From: Planctomycetota bacterium | GTDB taxonomy: Bacteria; Planctomycetota; J058 | DNA length: 51,663 nt | NCBI GenBank assembly: GCA_020425635.1 | Contig: JAGQRJ010000710.1 | Coordinates: 1 to 51,663 of the forward strand | Reading direction: 5' to 3' | Shown: piece by piece, positions 33,368 to 41,395 of the stretch | Position numbering within the stretch: position 1 is the stretch's first letter | How the letters are laid out: each line of letters opens with the position of its first letter | Position numbers and translations under genes: made by a program | Notes under the pieces: generated by a model | The model's database searches: none | The model's input: only the letters and a program-made list of their open reading frames with translations | Told to the model about the DNA's origin: nothing

Positions 33368-33434
33368 CGAGTCGCCTGAGGGCGGGGTATCTTTTTGCGC
33401 TCAATGGACGGTTTGGTCCTGTGAAGTGAGGCCC

Positions 33435-33854
33435 ATGAAGACCCGCATGAATCTCGTTGCGATCCTGATTGCCCTGGCTACTGTCTCGTTCTTGGGCGGC
33501 TGCCCGCAGAGCGGTGCGAGCAAGGACTCCGCCCCTGCGGCGTCTGGCGCCGCGGCGAGCAAACCCTCCGCCGCGAGCTTGGCCGCCGCGGAGAAGTTCT
33601 CGACCCTCTGCGCCAGCTGCCACGGGGCCAGCGGCCAGGGTGACGGCCCCGCGGCGGCAGCCCTCGACCCCAAACCTCGGAACTACAGCGACGCGGCCTG
33701 GCAGGCCTCGGTCAGCGACGAAGACCTCAGCAAGATCATCCTCGAAGGTGGCGCTGCGGTCGGGAAGAGCCCGATCATGCCGCCCAGCGCCGACCTCAAG
33801 GACAAGCCCGAGGTCGTCAAAGAACTCGTGAAGCTGATTCGTTCCTTCAAGTAG
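33435..33854 (+). CDS. Monoheme class I cytochrome c lipoprotein (139 aa)
   Basis: Lipobox: SFLGG/C. An Ala/Ser-rich linker follows. Heme site CASCH, with Met ligand region SPIMPP. Confidence 0.85.
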   Translation: MKTRMNLVAILIALATVSFLGGCPQSGASKDSAPAASGAAASKPSAASLAAAEKFSTLCASCHGASGQGDGPAAAALDPKPRNYSDAAWQASVSDEDLSKIILEGGAAVGKSPIMPPSADLKDKPEVVKELVKLIRSFK

Positions 33855-33963
33855 GCCAGCGCTCACCGCGCCGGGACGCCAAGCGCGCTCTCGGGTGTTC
33901 GCGGCTACCGCTCGAGCACCTCGCTCCTCCCCGGGTGTTCAAGCATGTGAAGGGTTTAGCAGC

Positions 33964-35505
33964 ATGTACAAGTCCACGAAGCCGTGTGCTGTCGTCTTCC
34001 TGTGCTCGGTCGCCTGTGCCACCACGGGCGCGCTCGCACAGGACGGATCCGAGCCCGCTCCAGACCCAGAGGTCGAAGCGCTCAGGCTAAAGGTCGACGA
34101 GCTCAACCATCGGCTCGAGGCCCTCGAGGGGGGCTCTCCGTCGGCGGGTCCCGTCGCGCCCGAGGGCGTCGCGTCCGCCGACGTCGCGCCTGAAGCCACA
34201 TCCGTGATCGTCCGGCGAGGGACGAAAGCGGAAGGTGGGGGCTTGATGATCGACCTCGGTGACGCGATGCGGCTGCGCTTCGACGCCCAGCTCCGCTGGC
34301 GCGGCGAGTTTCGTGGAGACAGCTACGCCCAGCCCAAGGTCGAGCAGAACACCGATTTCGTCCTGCAGCGCCTGCGGTTGACCCTCGACTTCGACTACAA
34401 CCAATACCTCGGGGCGCGCGTCACGGTTCAGGATAGTCGCCAATGGGGCGACAAACTCGACGGCTTCGCCGGCCCGCGCCTCGCGTCCGATCAGCCCGAA
34501 CTCATGCTCTACGAGGGCTACGCCGAGCTGCGCAACCCCTTCGACGCGCCCCTCGTGCTGAAGGTCGGTCGCATGGCCGTGCCGAACCTGGGCAACCAGC
34601 GGCTGATCTCGAACCTGGACTGGAGCAACGTCGCGCGCTCCTTCGACGGAGCGCAGATCACCTTCACCCCGAAGGGCTGGTGGATGACGGCCTTCGCCTC
34701 GAACCTGCGCGAGGCGTCGGCGCTGCCGATCCCCGGGGACGAGAACGACGACTCCTGGCTGGTGGGGGCCTACCTCAGCAACCGCATGCTGGCGGACCAC
34801 CAGTTCGACGCCTTCCTCTACTGGAGGCGGGTTGGAGATCGCACGCTGACCGCGCTCACGACCGGACCGTCGGGTGGGCGCGGAGCGCGCCAGGACTACA
34901 CCACCGGCCTGCGCATGCAGGGCGAGGCGGGGGTGCTGTTCTACAACGGCATGTTTGCCTATCAGTTCGGCGGCGTCGGCGGCGACACGATCGACGCTTG
35001 GGCCGCGGCCCTCGAGGCCGGCGCCAAGCTCGCGTTCGGGGATCAGTGGCTGAAGATCTCGAGCGAGTTCGCCTGGGCCAGCGGAGACAAGGACGCCACG
35101 GATTCCCGGATCCAGACCTTCGACCCGCTGCTGCCCTTCGCCCACTATTACAACGGCCACCAGGACCTGTTCGCCTGGCGCAACCTCCACTCGCTCAACC
35201 TCAAGCTCGCCTACTCGCCGCTGAAGACCCTTAGCCTGCACAGCGACCTGCACTTCTTCTGGCTGCAGCACCGGAGCGACAGCTGGTACGGGCTCGGGTT
35301 CACGCGAACCGACACGGCGGGCGCCGCAAACAGCAGGCACGTGGGGTCAGAACTCGACCTCTACGTGAAGTACCAGGTCCTGGACGGGCACCTCTCGTTC
35401 TGGGGTGGGTACTCCCACTTCTTCCCCGGTGAGTTCGTCCGGGACACGGGTCCCAAGACCTCGGATCAGTCCTTCGCGTTCCTCATGGGGACGGTGAACT
35501 TCTAG
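33964..35505 (+). CDS. Outer-membrane beta-barrel channel of the alginate-export (AlgE-like) family (513 aa)
   Basis: Signal peptide MYKSTKPCAVVFLCSVACATTGALA/QD. N-terminal coiled coil EALRLKVDELNHRLEALE. Alternating beta-strand pattern (LRFDAQLRWRGEF, RLRLTLDFDY, ...). C-terminal ...GTVNF with a terminal Phe. Confidence 0.7.
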   Translation: MYKSTKPCAVVFLCSVACATTGALAQDGSEPAPDPEVEALRLKVDELNHRLEALEGGSPSAGPVAPEGVASADVAPEATSVIVRRGTKAEGGGLMIDLGDAMRLRFDAQLRWRGEFRGDSYAQPKVEQNTDFVLQRLRLTLDFDYNQYLGARVTVQDSRQWGDKLDGFAGPRLASDQPELMLYEGYAELRNPFDAPLVLKVGRMAVPNLGNQRLISNLDWSNVARSFDGAQITFTPKGWWMTAFASNLREASALPIPGDENDDSWLVGAYLSNRMLADHQFDAFLYWRRVGDRTLTALTTGPSGGRGARQDYTTGLRMQGEAGVLFYNGMFAYQFGGVGGDTIDAWAAALEAGAKLAFGDQWLKISSEFAWASGDKDATDSRIQTFDPLLPFAHYYNGHQDLFAWRNLHSLNLKLAYSPLKTLSLHSDLHFFWLQHRSDSWYGLGFTRTDTAGAANSRHVGSELDLYVKYQVLDGHLSFWGGYSHFFPGEFVRDTGPKTSDQSFAFLMGTVNF

Positions 35506-35512
35506 GCGGGGC

Positions 35513-35833
35513 TCAGGTCTGGGTGTCGTTGATCCAGGTCCAGGCGGCGACGGCGCCCGGGAGCCCGATCGTCGTCGCCGCCAGGGCCACGACCTGATCC
35601 ATGTCTGCCTGAGTCACGCCGGCTGCGGGCGCTTTGCGCGCCGCGGAGTGAACCGCGCCTTCGCGCAGGGCGCCAATGCTGATCCCCAGCTTGACGAGCC
35701 GCTGCTCGCGAGTCGAGAGCGGACCGTTCGCGCTCCCCTTGCCGAGCAGGCTCCAGGCCTCGCCGATCTCGGGGAAGCGCTCCACGAAGCGGCGGAAGGT
35801 CTCAGGCGGCGGCGGCGTGTCGGACATGGTCAA
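35513..35833 (-). CDS. Carboxymuconolactone decarboxylase (CMD/AhpD-like) family protein without Cys residues (106 aa)
   Basis: Helical CMD-like sequence (LSTREQRLVKLGISIGALREGAVHSAARKA). It starts 45 nt after the napF-like stop, so it is probably the last gene of the nap operon. There is no CxxC motif. Confidence 0.6.
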   Translation of the reverse strand: MTMSDTPPPPETFRRFVERFPEIGEAWSLLGKGSANGPLSTREQRLVKLGISIGALREGAVHSAARKAPAAGVTQADMDQVVALAATTIGLPGAVAAWTWINDTQT

Positions 35834-35878
35834 GCTCCTTGAGTCAGGTGGATCGTCCAGGATACGGCCCGGCGAGGT

Positions 35879-36496
35879 CTATGCAGCAGGTGGCGCGCCG
35901 AGGGGCTCGATACGAAGCGCATCGGCCGGGCAGATCACGGCGCACTTCCCGCAGCCCGTGCAGGCCTCCGTGTCGATCAGCGGCAGCTCGCCTCGACCGG
36001 GGACGCGGATCGCCCGGGGGCGGGGCGGGCAAGGCCCTCGGCAGTAGTTGCAGTCTTGCTGGTGGGCGCTGCTGTAGCACAGCGCCGGGTCGACGACGGC
36101 TACGCCGATCTTGACCGCGCCCTCCGGCGGCTTAAGCGCCGAGGTCTCGCAGGCCGCGACGCAGGGCAGGTCCTCGCACATCAGGCAGGCCGTGATCGAG
36201 GGCAAGATCACGGGGGTCCCTGCGATTTTCGCGCCCAACTCGGGCCCCGCCTTGCGGATCACGTGGTGGGGGCAGGCAAGAATGCAGTCGTTGCACGACG
36301 TGCAGGCGGCGAGGAACTCGGCTTCGCTTCCCGCGCCGGGCGGGCGCACGAAGGCAGGGCGCGGCGGCGCCGCGGGCGGCGTGCTCAAGGGCGACATCGC
36401 GCGCTGGGCTTGCGTGTAGATCTCCGAGACCACCTCGAGCGTGGAGCGGAGGCTGACCCGAAAGAAGTCGGCGCGTGTGTAGTTGGGCTCCGTCAC
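35879..36496 (-). CDS. napF: NapF-like poly-[4Fe-4S] ferredoxin (205 aa)
   Basis: GTG 36496 overlaps the upstream stop (GTGA). It has a vestigial Tat-like N-terminus (TRADFFRV) and VRPPGAGSEAEFLAACTSCNDCILACP. Three further Cys clusters are present: CLMCEDLPCVAACE, CNYCRGPCP and CTGCGKCAVICP. Confidence 0.7.
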   Translation of the reverse strand: MTEPNYTRADFFRVSLRSTLEVVSEIYTQAQRAMSPLSTPPAAPPRPAFVRPPGAGSEAEFLAACTSCNDCILACPHHVIRKAGPELGAKIAGTPVILPSITACLMCEDLPCVAACETSALKPPEGAVKIGVAVVDPALCYSSAHQQDCNYCRGPCPPRPRAIRVPGRGELPLIDTEACTGCGKCAVICPADALRIEPLGAPPAA

Positions 36497-38427
36497 ATCG
36501 CCGAGACCCGCATTTCCATGGGTTGGTTCAACAGCCACAAACTGACCGTACTCGAGGCGAGCATGGCGAGCAGCATGGGGATCTGGGCCAGGATTCCGCG
36601 CAGGCGGTCGGGGACCAACCCGCGGGTCGTGCGCTCGGAGATCCAGAGCCCGTAGAGGTGGCCGATCACCACGAAGAACACCTGGAGGATCCACAGGCCT
36701 TCGAGGGTGATCATGGGAGGCACGGCCCACCCCGCCGTGCCAAACAGGTCCCAGCCCCAGCCGCAGGGGTCGGACGCCAAGGCCAGGAGCTTGGGCCCCT
36801 CCATGAGGAAGTGCTCTGCGTTGTGGGCCAGGTGATAGAACAGCGCGATCGGCAGCAGCGCATAGGCGTAGCGCAAGAACACGGTCCGGGTGCGGGCGAC
36901 GCGGCCGATCATGGCGGTCGCCTTCGACAACAGCGCGAACAGCAAGACCGGCAACACGAGCAGCCCAACCATCAGCAGGCTGAACGAGGCCTGCGCCGGG
37001 ATCGCCAGGCTGGACTGCACCGCGTCGCTCCACTCCCCCCAGCGCGGGGTCATGGTCAACCCGTGAAACCCCGTCATGGAGAGCAACACGATCGCGAGGA
37101 ACGCCTCGTCCGAACGCCCCTTGCCGCCTTGGGCCAGGTCCGACGCCCAGGGCCGCAGGCGCACGGTGGTGTTGCCGTGCGGGCAGGTCTTGAGGCACTC
37201 GCCGCACGAGATGCAGTAGGTGTTGCGCTGCATCGTGCGCGGGAACTCGAAGGTCGGGCATCCGTCCCCTTCGGCGTTGCCCTTGTAGCAGTCCATGGTC
37301 CTGCAGGTCGAGCACACGGCGTCGTCTTTGGAGCGAACCTCGATCGGGGAGAACAAGGCGTAGAGCCCGGAGACACGACCCACCAGGCAGCCATAGCGAC
37401 AGAACGCCTTGCGGTCGAAAACCAGCACGCTGGTCACGGCCATCCCGAGCATGCCCAGCGCGAGGTAGGCCGTGACCCGAGGGACCATCGTCACGCCGAG
37501 CCCGAGCTCGACCCAGGTCAGGAGGACGAACAGCCCGACGGCCGGCCAGATGTTGCGGAGCTTCCGCGGCCAGCGCAGCCCGAGGCCCATGCCGGACTGC
37601 CTCGGACCCCAGGGCTTCAGGCGCTCGATCCAGGTCGCGATCCCGTCCCAGGGACACACGAAGCACCACAGCTTGCCGAAGTAGAGGATCAGGAAGATCA
37701 GCCCCGCCCACCAGATCGTCCAGGTGAGCAAGGGAGCGACGTTCATGGAAGGGTTCTGATTGCCAAACAACCCCGCGTAGATGATCAAGCAGAAGAACGC
37801 CGCGCACACCGACTGGAAGCAGAAACGCAGCGGCTTCCAGGTGACCAGCCGGCGCACCCAGGCCGCGCCGAGCAGGTCCTGGCGGGCGTCGAGCGCGGGC
37901 TGGGTGAGCGGGGCGCCGCGCCGCTCTCGCAGCCAAGACAGGAGCTCGAACAGCCCAAACGACACGAGCAGCAGGATCAGGACTCCGTATTGGTACATCC
38001 AGGCCGGGATCCCGCGCATCAGGTGCTTGTCCGCGCCTGCGGTGAGGCTCGGGGGGTGGGCCTGAATCCAACGCGCAGGCTCGGCGACCACGGCGTCGCG
38101 GCAATAGGTGGAGCAGAAGAAATAGGTGCGCTCCGCGACCGTCACCTGGTAAGCCGTCGCGCGGCGCACCGTCATGTTGCACACGACGTCGCGGGCGACC
38201 GCCGCCTCCTGCTGATCCTCGTGGGTCTGGACCTCCAGCCCTGCAGCCGCCGCGACCTCGGTCAGGTCGACGCTGTCGCGGGCCGTGCGCTGATCCCACA
38301 CCACCAGCCCGCTGACGAGCACGAACACGAGCCAGGGAAAGGAGAGCCCCAGGCAGCCCCAGGCACCGCGGCGACTTCCTCGCGTGCTCGCGGGGGGGGC
38401 CTGAACGACGGGAAGCGGTCGGCTCAC
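36493..38427 (-). CDS. Integral-membrane polyferredoxin of the NapH/FixG/NosR-C-terminal type with an N-terminal YHS (TRASH-like) metal-binding domain (644 aa)
   Basis: GTG 38427 overlaps the upstream stop (GTGA). TM1 is followed by the YHS signature DVVCNMTV...ERTYFFCSTYCRDAV. NapH-like membrane Cys motifs: LWCFVCPWDG and FCRYGCLVG. Ferredoxin clusters: CSTCRTMDC...GCP and CISCGECLKTCP. Several additional C-terminal TM helices follow. Confidence 0.75.
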   Translation of the reverse strand: MSRPLPVVQAPPASTRGSRRGAWGCLGLSFPWLVFVLVSGLVVWDQRTARDSVDLTEVAAAAGLEVQTHEDQQEAAVARDVVCNMTVRRATAYQVTVAERTYFFCSTYCRDAVVAEPARWIQAHPPSLTAGADKHLMRGIPAWMYQYGVLILLLVSFGLFELLSWLRERRGAPLTQPALDARQDLLGAAWVRRLVTWKPLRFCFQSVCAAFFCLIIYAGLFGNQNPSMNVAPLLTWTIWWAGLIFLILYFGKLWCFVCPWDGIATWIERLKPWGPRQSGMGLGLRWPRKLRNIWPAVGLFVLLTWVELGLGVTMVPRVTAYLALGMLGMAVTSVLVFDRKAFCRYGCLVGRVSGLYALFSPIEVRSKDDAVCSTCRTMDCYKGNAEGDGCPTFEFPRTMQRNTYCISCGECLKTCPHGNTTVRLRPWASDLAQGGKGRSDEAFLAIVLLSMTGFHGLTMTPRWGEWSDAVQSSLAIPAQASFSLLMVGLLVLPVLLFALLSKATAMIGRVARTRTVFLRYAYALLPIALFYHLAHNAEHFLMEGPKLLALASDPCGWGWDLFGTAGWAVPPMITLEGLWILQVFFVVIGHLYGLWISERTTRGLVPDRLRGILAQIPMLLAMLASSTVSLWLLNQPMEMRVSAM

Positions 38428-39011
38428 GACGCGCGCCGCGCAGCGCGCCGGGCGCGCTTGATCTTCAGCGAGCGGACGGTGAGCAGGAGCAGCACGAACC
38501 CGCCCACGCAGCCTCCGAGGATCAGTGCCGGAGAACCGGGCTCCCCGACCACCATCGGGAAGGTCAGCGTCGAAGTAATTTCGCCGTCGGGAAACGAGAG
38601 CGTGATCTCGTAGTTCCCAACCGCGTCGTAGGTGGGATAGAACTTGTAGACGTTCTCGCTGAGGGTCACCTCCCTCGGCCCGAAGACCTCGTGGCGCGAA
38701 CCCAGCAGCGAGAGCCGCTCGACTTCGAGGGTCAGCGGTTGGCGATACAGGCTCCGGCTCTGCGCGTCGACCACGTAGACGTGGAGCTCGGTCGGCACAC
38801 CGGGCACGGGCTTGCCCGGGTAGGCGGTGAGTTGGAACTCCCACTGGCCGACGTTCTCGATCAGCTTGAGCACGGGCGCCTGCGGGTAGTTCTCGTCGTA
38901 GGAGTAGTGAGGGATCCCCATGATGTGGTGCGCCCAAGCGGGCGTGCTCGGCACGACCAGGAGCAGGAGCGCTCCGAGGAGGAGGCTCAACGCGACGCGC
39001 GTCCTGCTCAT
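38424..39011 (-). CDS. Exported, C-terminally membrane-anchored protein maturing to an N-terminal His-His (HHIMGIPHY...); putative metal (Cu)-binding Ig-like protein (195 aa)
   Basis: ATG 39011 overlaps the napH stop (ATGA). Signal peptide MSRTRVALSLLLGALLLLVVPSTPAWA/HH. The ~140-aa beta-rich body is followed by the TM anchor ALILGGCVGGFVLLLLTV and the basic tail RSLKIKRARRAARRAS. The family is not recognised. Confidence 0.6.
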   Translation of the reverse strand: MSRTRVALSLLLGALLLLVVPSTPAWAHHIMGIPHYSYDENYPQAPVLKLIENVGQWEFQLTAYPGKPVPGVPTELHVYVVDAQSRSLYRQPLTLEVERLSLLGSRHEVFGPREVTLSENVYKFYPTYDAVGNYEITLSFPDGEITSTLTFPMVVGEPGSPALILGGCVGGFVLLLLTVRSLKIKRARRAARRAS

Positions 39012-40156
39012 GAGGCGCCTCCCTCGGGCAGCTCCGCCGGCTCGGCGCCCGCCAGCGAGACCCCCTCCGGAGTCAGCGGGGCGACCGTCGCGACCGTCGC
39101 GCTGGTCGCAACGGGCAGCGGACGGCCCGTCATGGGCTTGGAGGTCACCGCAATGCGATAGCCCAGGGCCCGCACGGGGCAAGCGTCAATGCACTCTCCG
39201 CAGTTGTCGCACTCGCTGACCGTGCGGTCGGTCATGGGCAGCTCGCCCTGCGGGCAGACCTTGTCGCAGATCGTGCAATCGATGCACACGTCGCGCTTGC
39301 GCCGCACGCGCACGAGGCGCCAGCGCCCGAGCAGCGAATACAGCGCCCCGCCGGGACACACGGTGCGGCACCAGAAGCGCGGGGCGACTGCCACCTCGAG
39401 CCCCATGAGCAGGAGCAAGAACGCCGTGCCGCCGGTCACGCCGACCAGGGCCAACCCAGGCATGCCGTCTTCCGCGCGGTCGAACAGGGCGAACACGAAG
39501 GAGTGGGCCTCGCGGCCGAGGATCGCGGGTGGATAGAAGGTGTTCAGCACGGCGTCGCCCGTGAGCAGCGCCAGGGCGAGGCCGACGGCGAGCAGGAGGT
39601 ACTTCGTCCCGCGGCTGAACCTGAGATCGAGCGGCTTGATCTCGAGCAGCTTGGGCAGCAGCGAGCGCACCCAGGCCGAGAGGTCGAACAGCAGACCCAT
39701 GGGGCAGATCCAGCCGCAGAACACGCGCCCGAGGAGCACGGTCAGCGCCAACGGGAGCAGCAGGCCGGAGATCAGCACCCAGGGCGCAGCCCACGACGCG
39801 CAGGCGCTCTCCGTGGCGGCCAGCGGGTCGGTCAGGGAGACCCCGCCCACCTCCGCCGACCAGGGCGACCCGTGGAAGCCCCGGGAGCGCTCGAGGATCG
39901 CCCTCCGCGGGCGACGCGTCGGGACGCCGCTCTCGCCGTCTGGGATCCCAACCCGCAGGGCAGCGTCGGTGACCTGGAGCACGAGGCCCTGGGTCGATCC
40001 TTCCCAGCGCTCGATCTGCTTGTCGAGCTGGCGTGCGGCGAGGTAGTGGTTGTAGCGCGCGATCACCGGAAAGGCGAACAACGCCACGACCACCAGCAGC
40101 TGCACGCTGCGCCGGAAGGGCCACACCGGGAACCGACGCTTCGGCGCGAGCTTCAC
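39008..40156 (-). CDS. napH: NapH-type membrane quinol dehydrogenase subunit (about 382 aa)
   Basis: Membrane motifs CGWICPMG and CRTVCPGG. Two ferredoxin clusters: CIDCTICDKVCP and CDNCGECIDACP. The start is either GTG 40156 (GTGA overlap, preceded by CGGAGG) or GTG 40162. Confidence 0.8.
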   Translation of the reverse strand: MKLAPKRRFPVWPFRRSVQLLVVVALFAFPVIARYNHYLAARQLDKQIERWEGSTQGLVLQVTDAALRVGIPDGESGVPTRRPRRAILERSRGFHGSPWSAEVGGVSLTDPLAATESACASWAAPWVLISGLLLPLALTVLLGRVFCGWICPMGLLFDLSAWVRSLLPKLLEIKPLDLRFSRGTKYLLLAVGLALALLTGDAVLNTFYPPAILGREAHSFVFALFDRAEDGMPGLALVGVTGGTAFLLLLMGLEVAVAPRFWCRTVCPGGALYSLLGRWRLVRVRRKRDVCIDCTICDKVCPQGELPMTDRTVSECDNCGECIDACPVRALGYRIAVTSKPMTGRPLPVATSATVATVAPLTPEGVSLAGAEPAELPEGGAS

Positions 40157-40734
40157 AGCCACCTCCGCTCGGAGAACACGCGGATCGCCTTGTCGCGATC
40201 GACGATGCACACCTCTTCACAGAGACCACAGCCCACGCAGAACTCGTCGTGAACGGTGGGGGAGAGGTGCATGCCTTGGGTGATCGCCTTGCCTCGCAGC
40301 GGGCAGGCGGTGTAGCAGGCGCCGCAGATTCCGCTCCCGTTGGCGCTCACGCAGAGGTCGTTGTCGACCACCGCCGTACCCATGCGCGCTTCGCTCTTCG
40401 CGGTCAGCGCGACGATCGCGCCCGTGGGGCAGGCCTCGCCGCAGCGCATGCAGAGGTTGCAGGCGTGCTCCTCGGCCACGATCACGGGCGTGTCCGCGAG
40501 GTGGGACGAGCCGGGGAGCAACCGGATCGCCCGCGTGTCGCACACCTGCGCGCAGCGCTGGCAGCGAATGCAGCGGGTGAGGAACTCGGGCTCGGGCAGT
40601 GAGCCTGGGGGGCGCAGCAGCCCGCGCCGCTTGAGCTCGGGGGAGATCAGCGCCGGGAGGTGGAATCGCGAGCGCGCGTAGAACGCGAGCGCGCCCCCGA
40701 CGCCGAGCACGCTGCCCACCAGCCACTTGAGCAT
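40153..40734 (-). CDS. napG: NapG-like ferredoxin, N-terminally membrane-anchored paralogue (193 aa)
   Basis: N-terminal hydrophobic segment MLKWLVGSVLGVGGALAFYA. Then LRPPGSLPEPEFLTRCIRCQRCAQVCD and three more Cys clusters (CNLCMRCGEACP, CGACYTACP, CVGCGLCEEVC). Confidence 0.75.
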   Translation of the reverse strand: MLKWLVGSVLGVGGALAFYARSRFHLPALISPELKRRGLLRPPGSLPEPEFLTRCIRCQRCAQVCDTRAIRLLPGSSHLADTPVIVAEEHACNLCMRCGEACPTGAIVALTAKSEARMGTAVVDNDLCVSANGSGICGACYTACPLRGKAITQGMHLSPTVHDEFCVGCGLCEEVCIVDRDKAIRVFSERRWL

Positions 40735-40745
40735 TGCGCGGCGCT

Positions 40746-41375
40746 TCAGGTTGCCCTCGTCATGTCGGGCACGATCGTGATCGCTTGCGGGTAGCGAATG
40801 CAGGCGCGCTCGCAGAGTCCGCAGCCAATGCAGACCTCCGGGTCGACCTCCGGGCGCTCGAAGAGGCCCGCCTTGAGCGCCCGCCGTTCGAAGGGACAGG
40901 CCTGCACGCACACGCCGCAGGAGCTCCCCTGGAACGAGTAGCAGAGGTTTGGATCCACCTCTGCGCGACCCATGGAGACCTTCTCCTGGATCGCCTCGGG
41001 GGTCTTCTTGATCACCTGCAGGGCGCCCGTCGGGCACGCCGCCGTGCAGCGCAGCTCGTCGCCTTCGCTCCCCACGCACAAGCTGCAGGCTTGCCGACGC
41101 GGAAAGATCGCCGGCGTGCGCACCTGCCCCGCGCCCGGGGTCAACGAAAACGGACTCCCCGTCTCCTCGGTGAACGGGAGAATGCACTGGTTGGGGCAGG
41201 CATCTCCGCAGCGGGCGCAGCGGATGCAGCGCGCGAGGAACTCGTCCTCGGGGAGGGCGCCGGGCGGACGCATCACGTCCGCCCGGGCCCGGGTGCCTCC
41301 GTGGAAGCCGAACCCAGCCGCCAGCGACGCGCCGAGGAGCGTCCCTGCCTTCATGAACTCCTTGCGCGTGAGCAC
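40746..41375 (-). CDS. napG: NapG-like periplasmic ferredoxin with Tat-like leader (about 209 aa)
   Basis: VLTRKEFMKAGTLLGASLAAG is an RK-variant twin-Arg-like leader. Then MRPPGALPEDEFLARCIRCARCGDACP, CSLC...CTAACP, CGVCVQACP and CIGCGLCERAC. The start is uncertain: GTG 41375 or ATG 41354. Confidence 0.7.
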   Translation of the reverse strand: MLTRKEFMKAGTLLGASLAAGFGFHGGTRARADVMRPPGALPEDEFLARCIRCARCGDACPNQCILPFTEETGSPFSLTPGAGQVRTPAIFPRRQACSLCVGSEGDELRCTAACPTGALQVIKKTPEAIQEKVSMGRAEVDPNLCYSFQGSSCGVCVQACPFERRALKAGLFERPEVDPEVCIGCGLCERACIRYPQAITIVPDMTRAT

Positions 41376-41395
41376 GTTCCGCTCGCTCCTGCGGC

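Noticed and set aside
35513-35833. The CMD-family protein as an AhpD-type peroxidase.
   Set aside because: The protein contains no cysteine at all, so the AhpD CxxC redox mechanism is impossible. It is kept only as a CMD-fold protein of unknown role.
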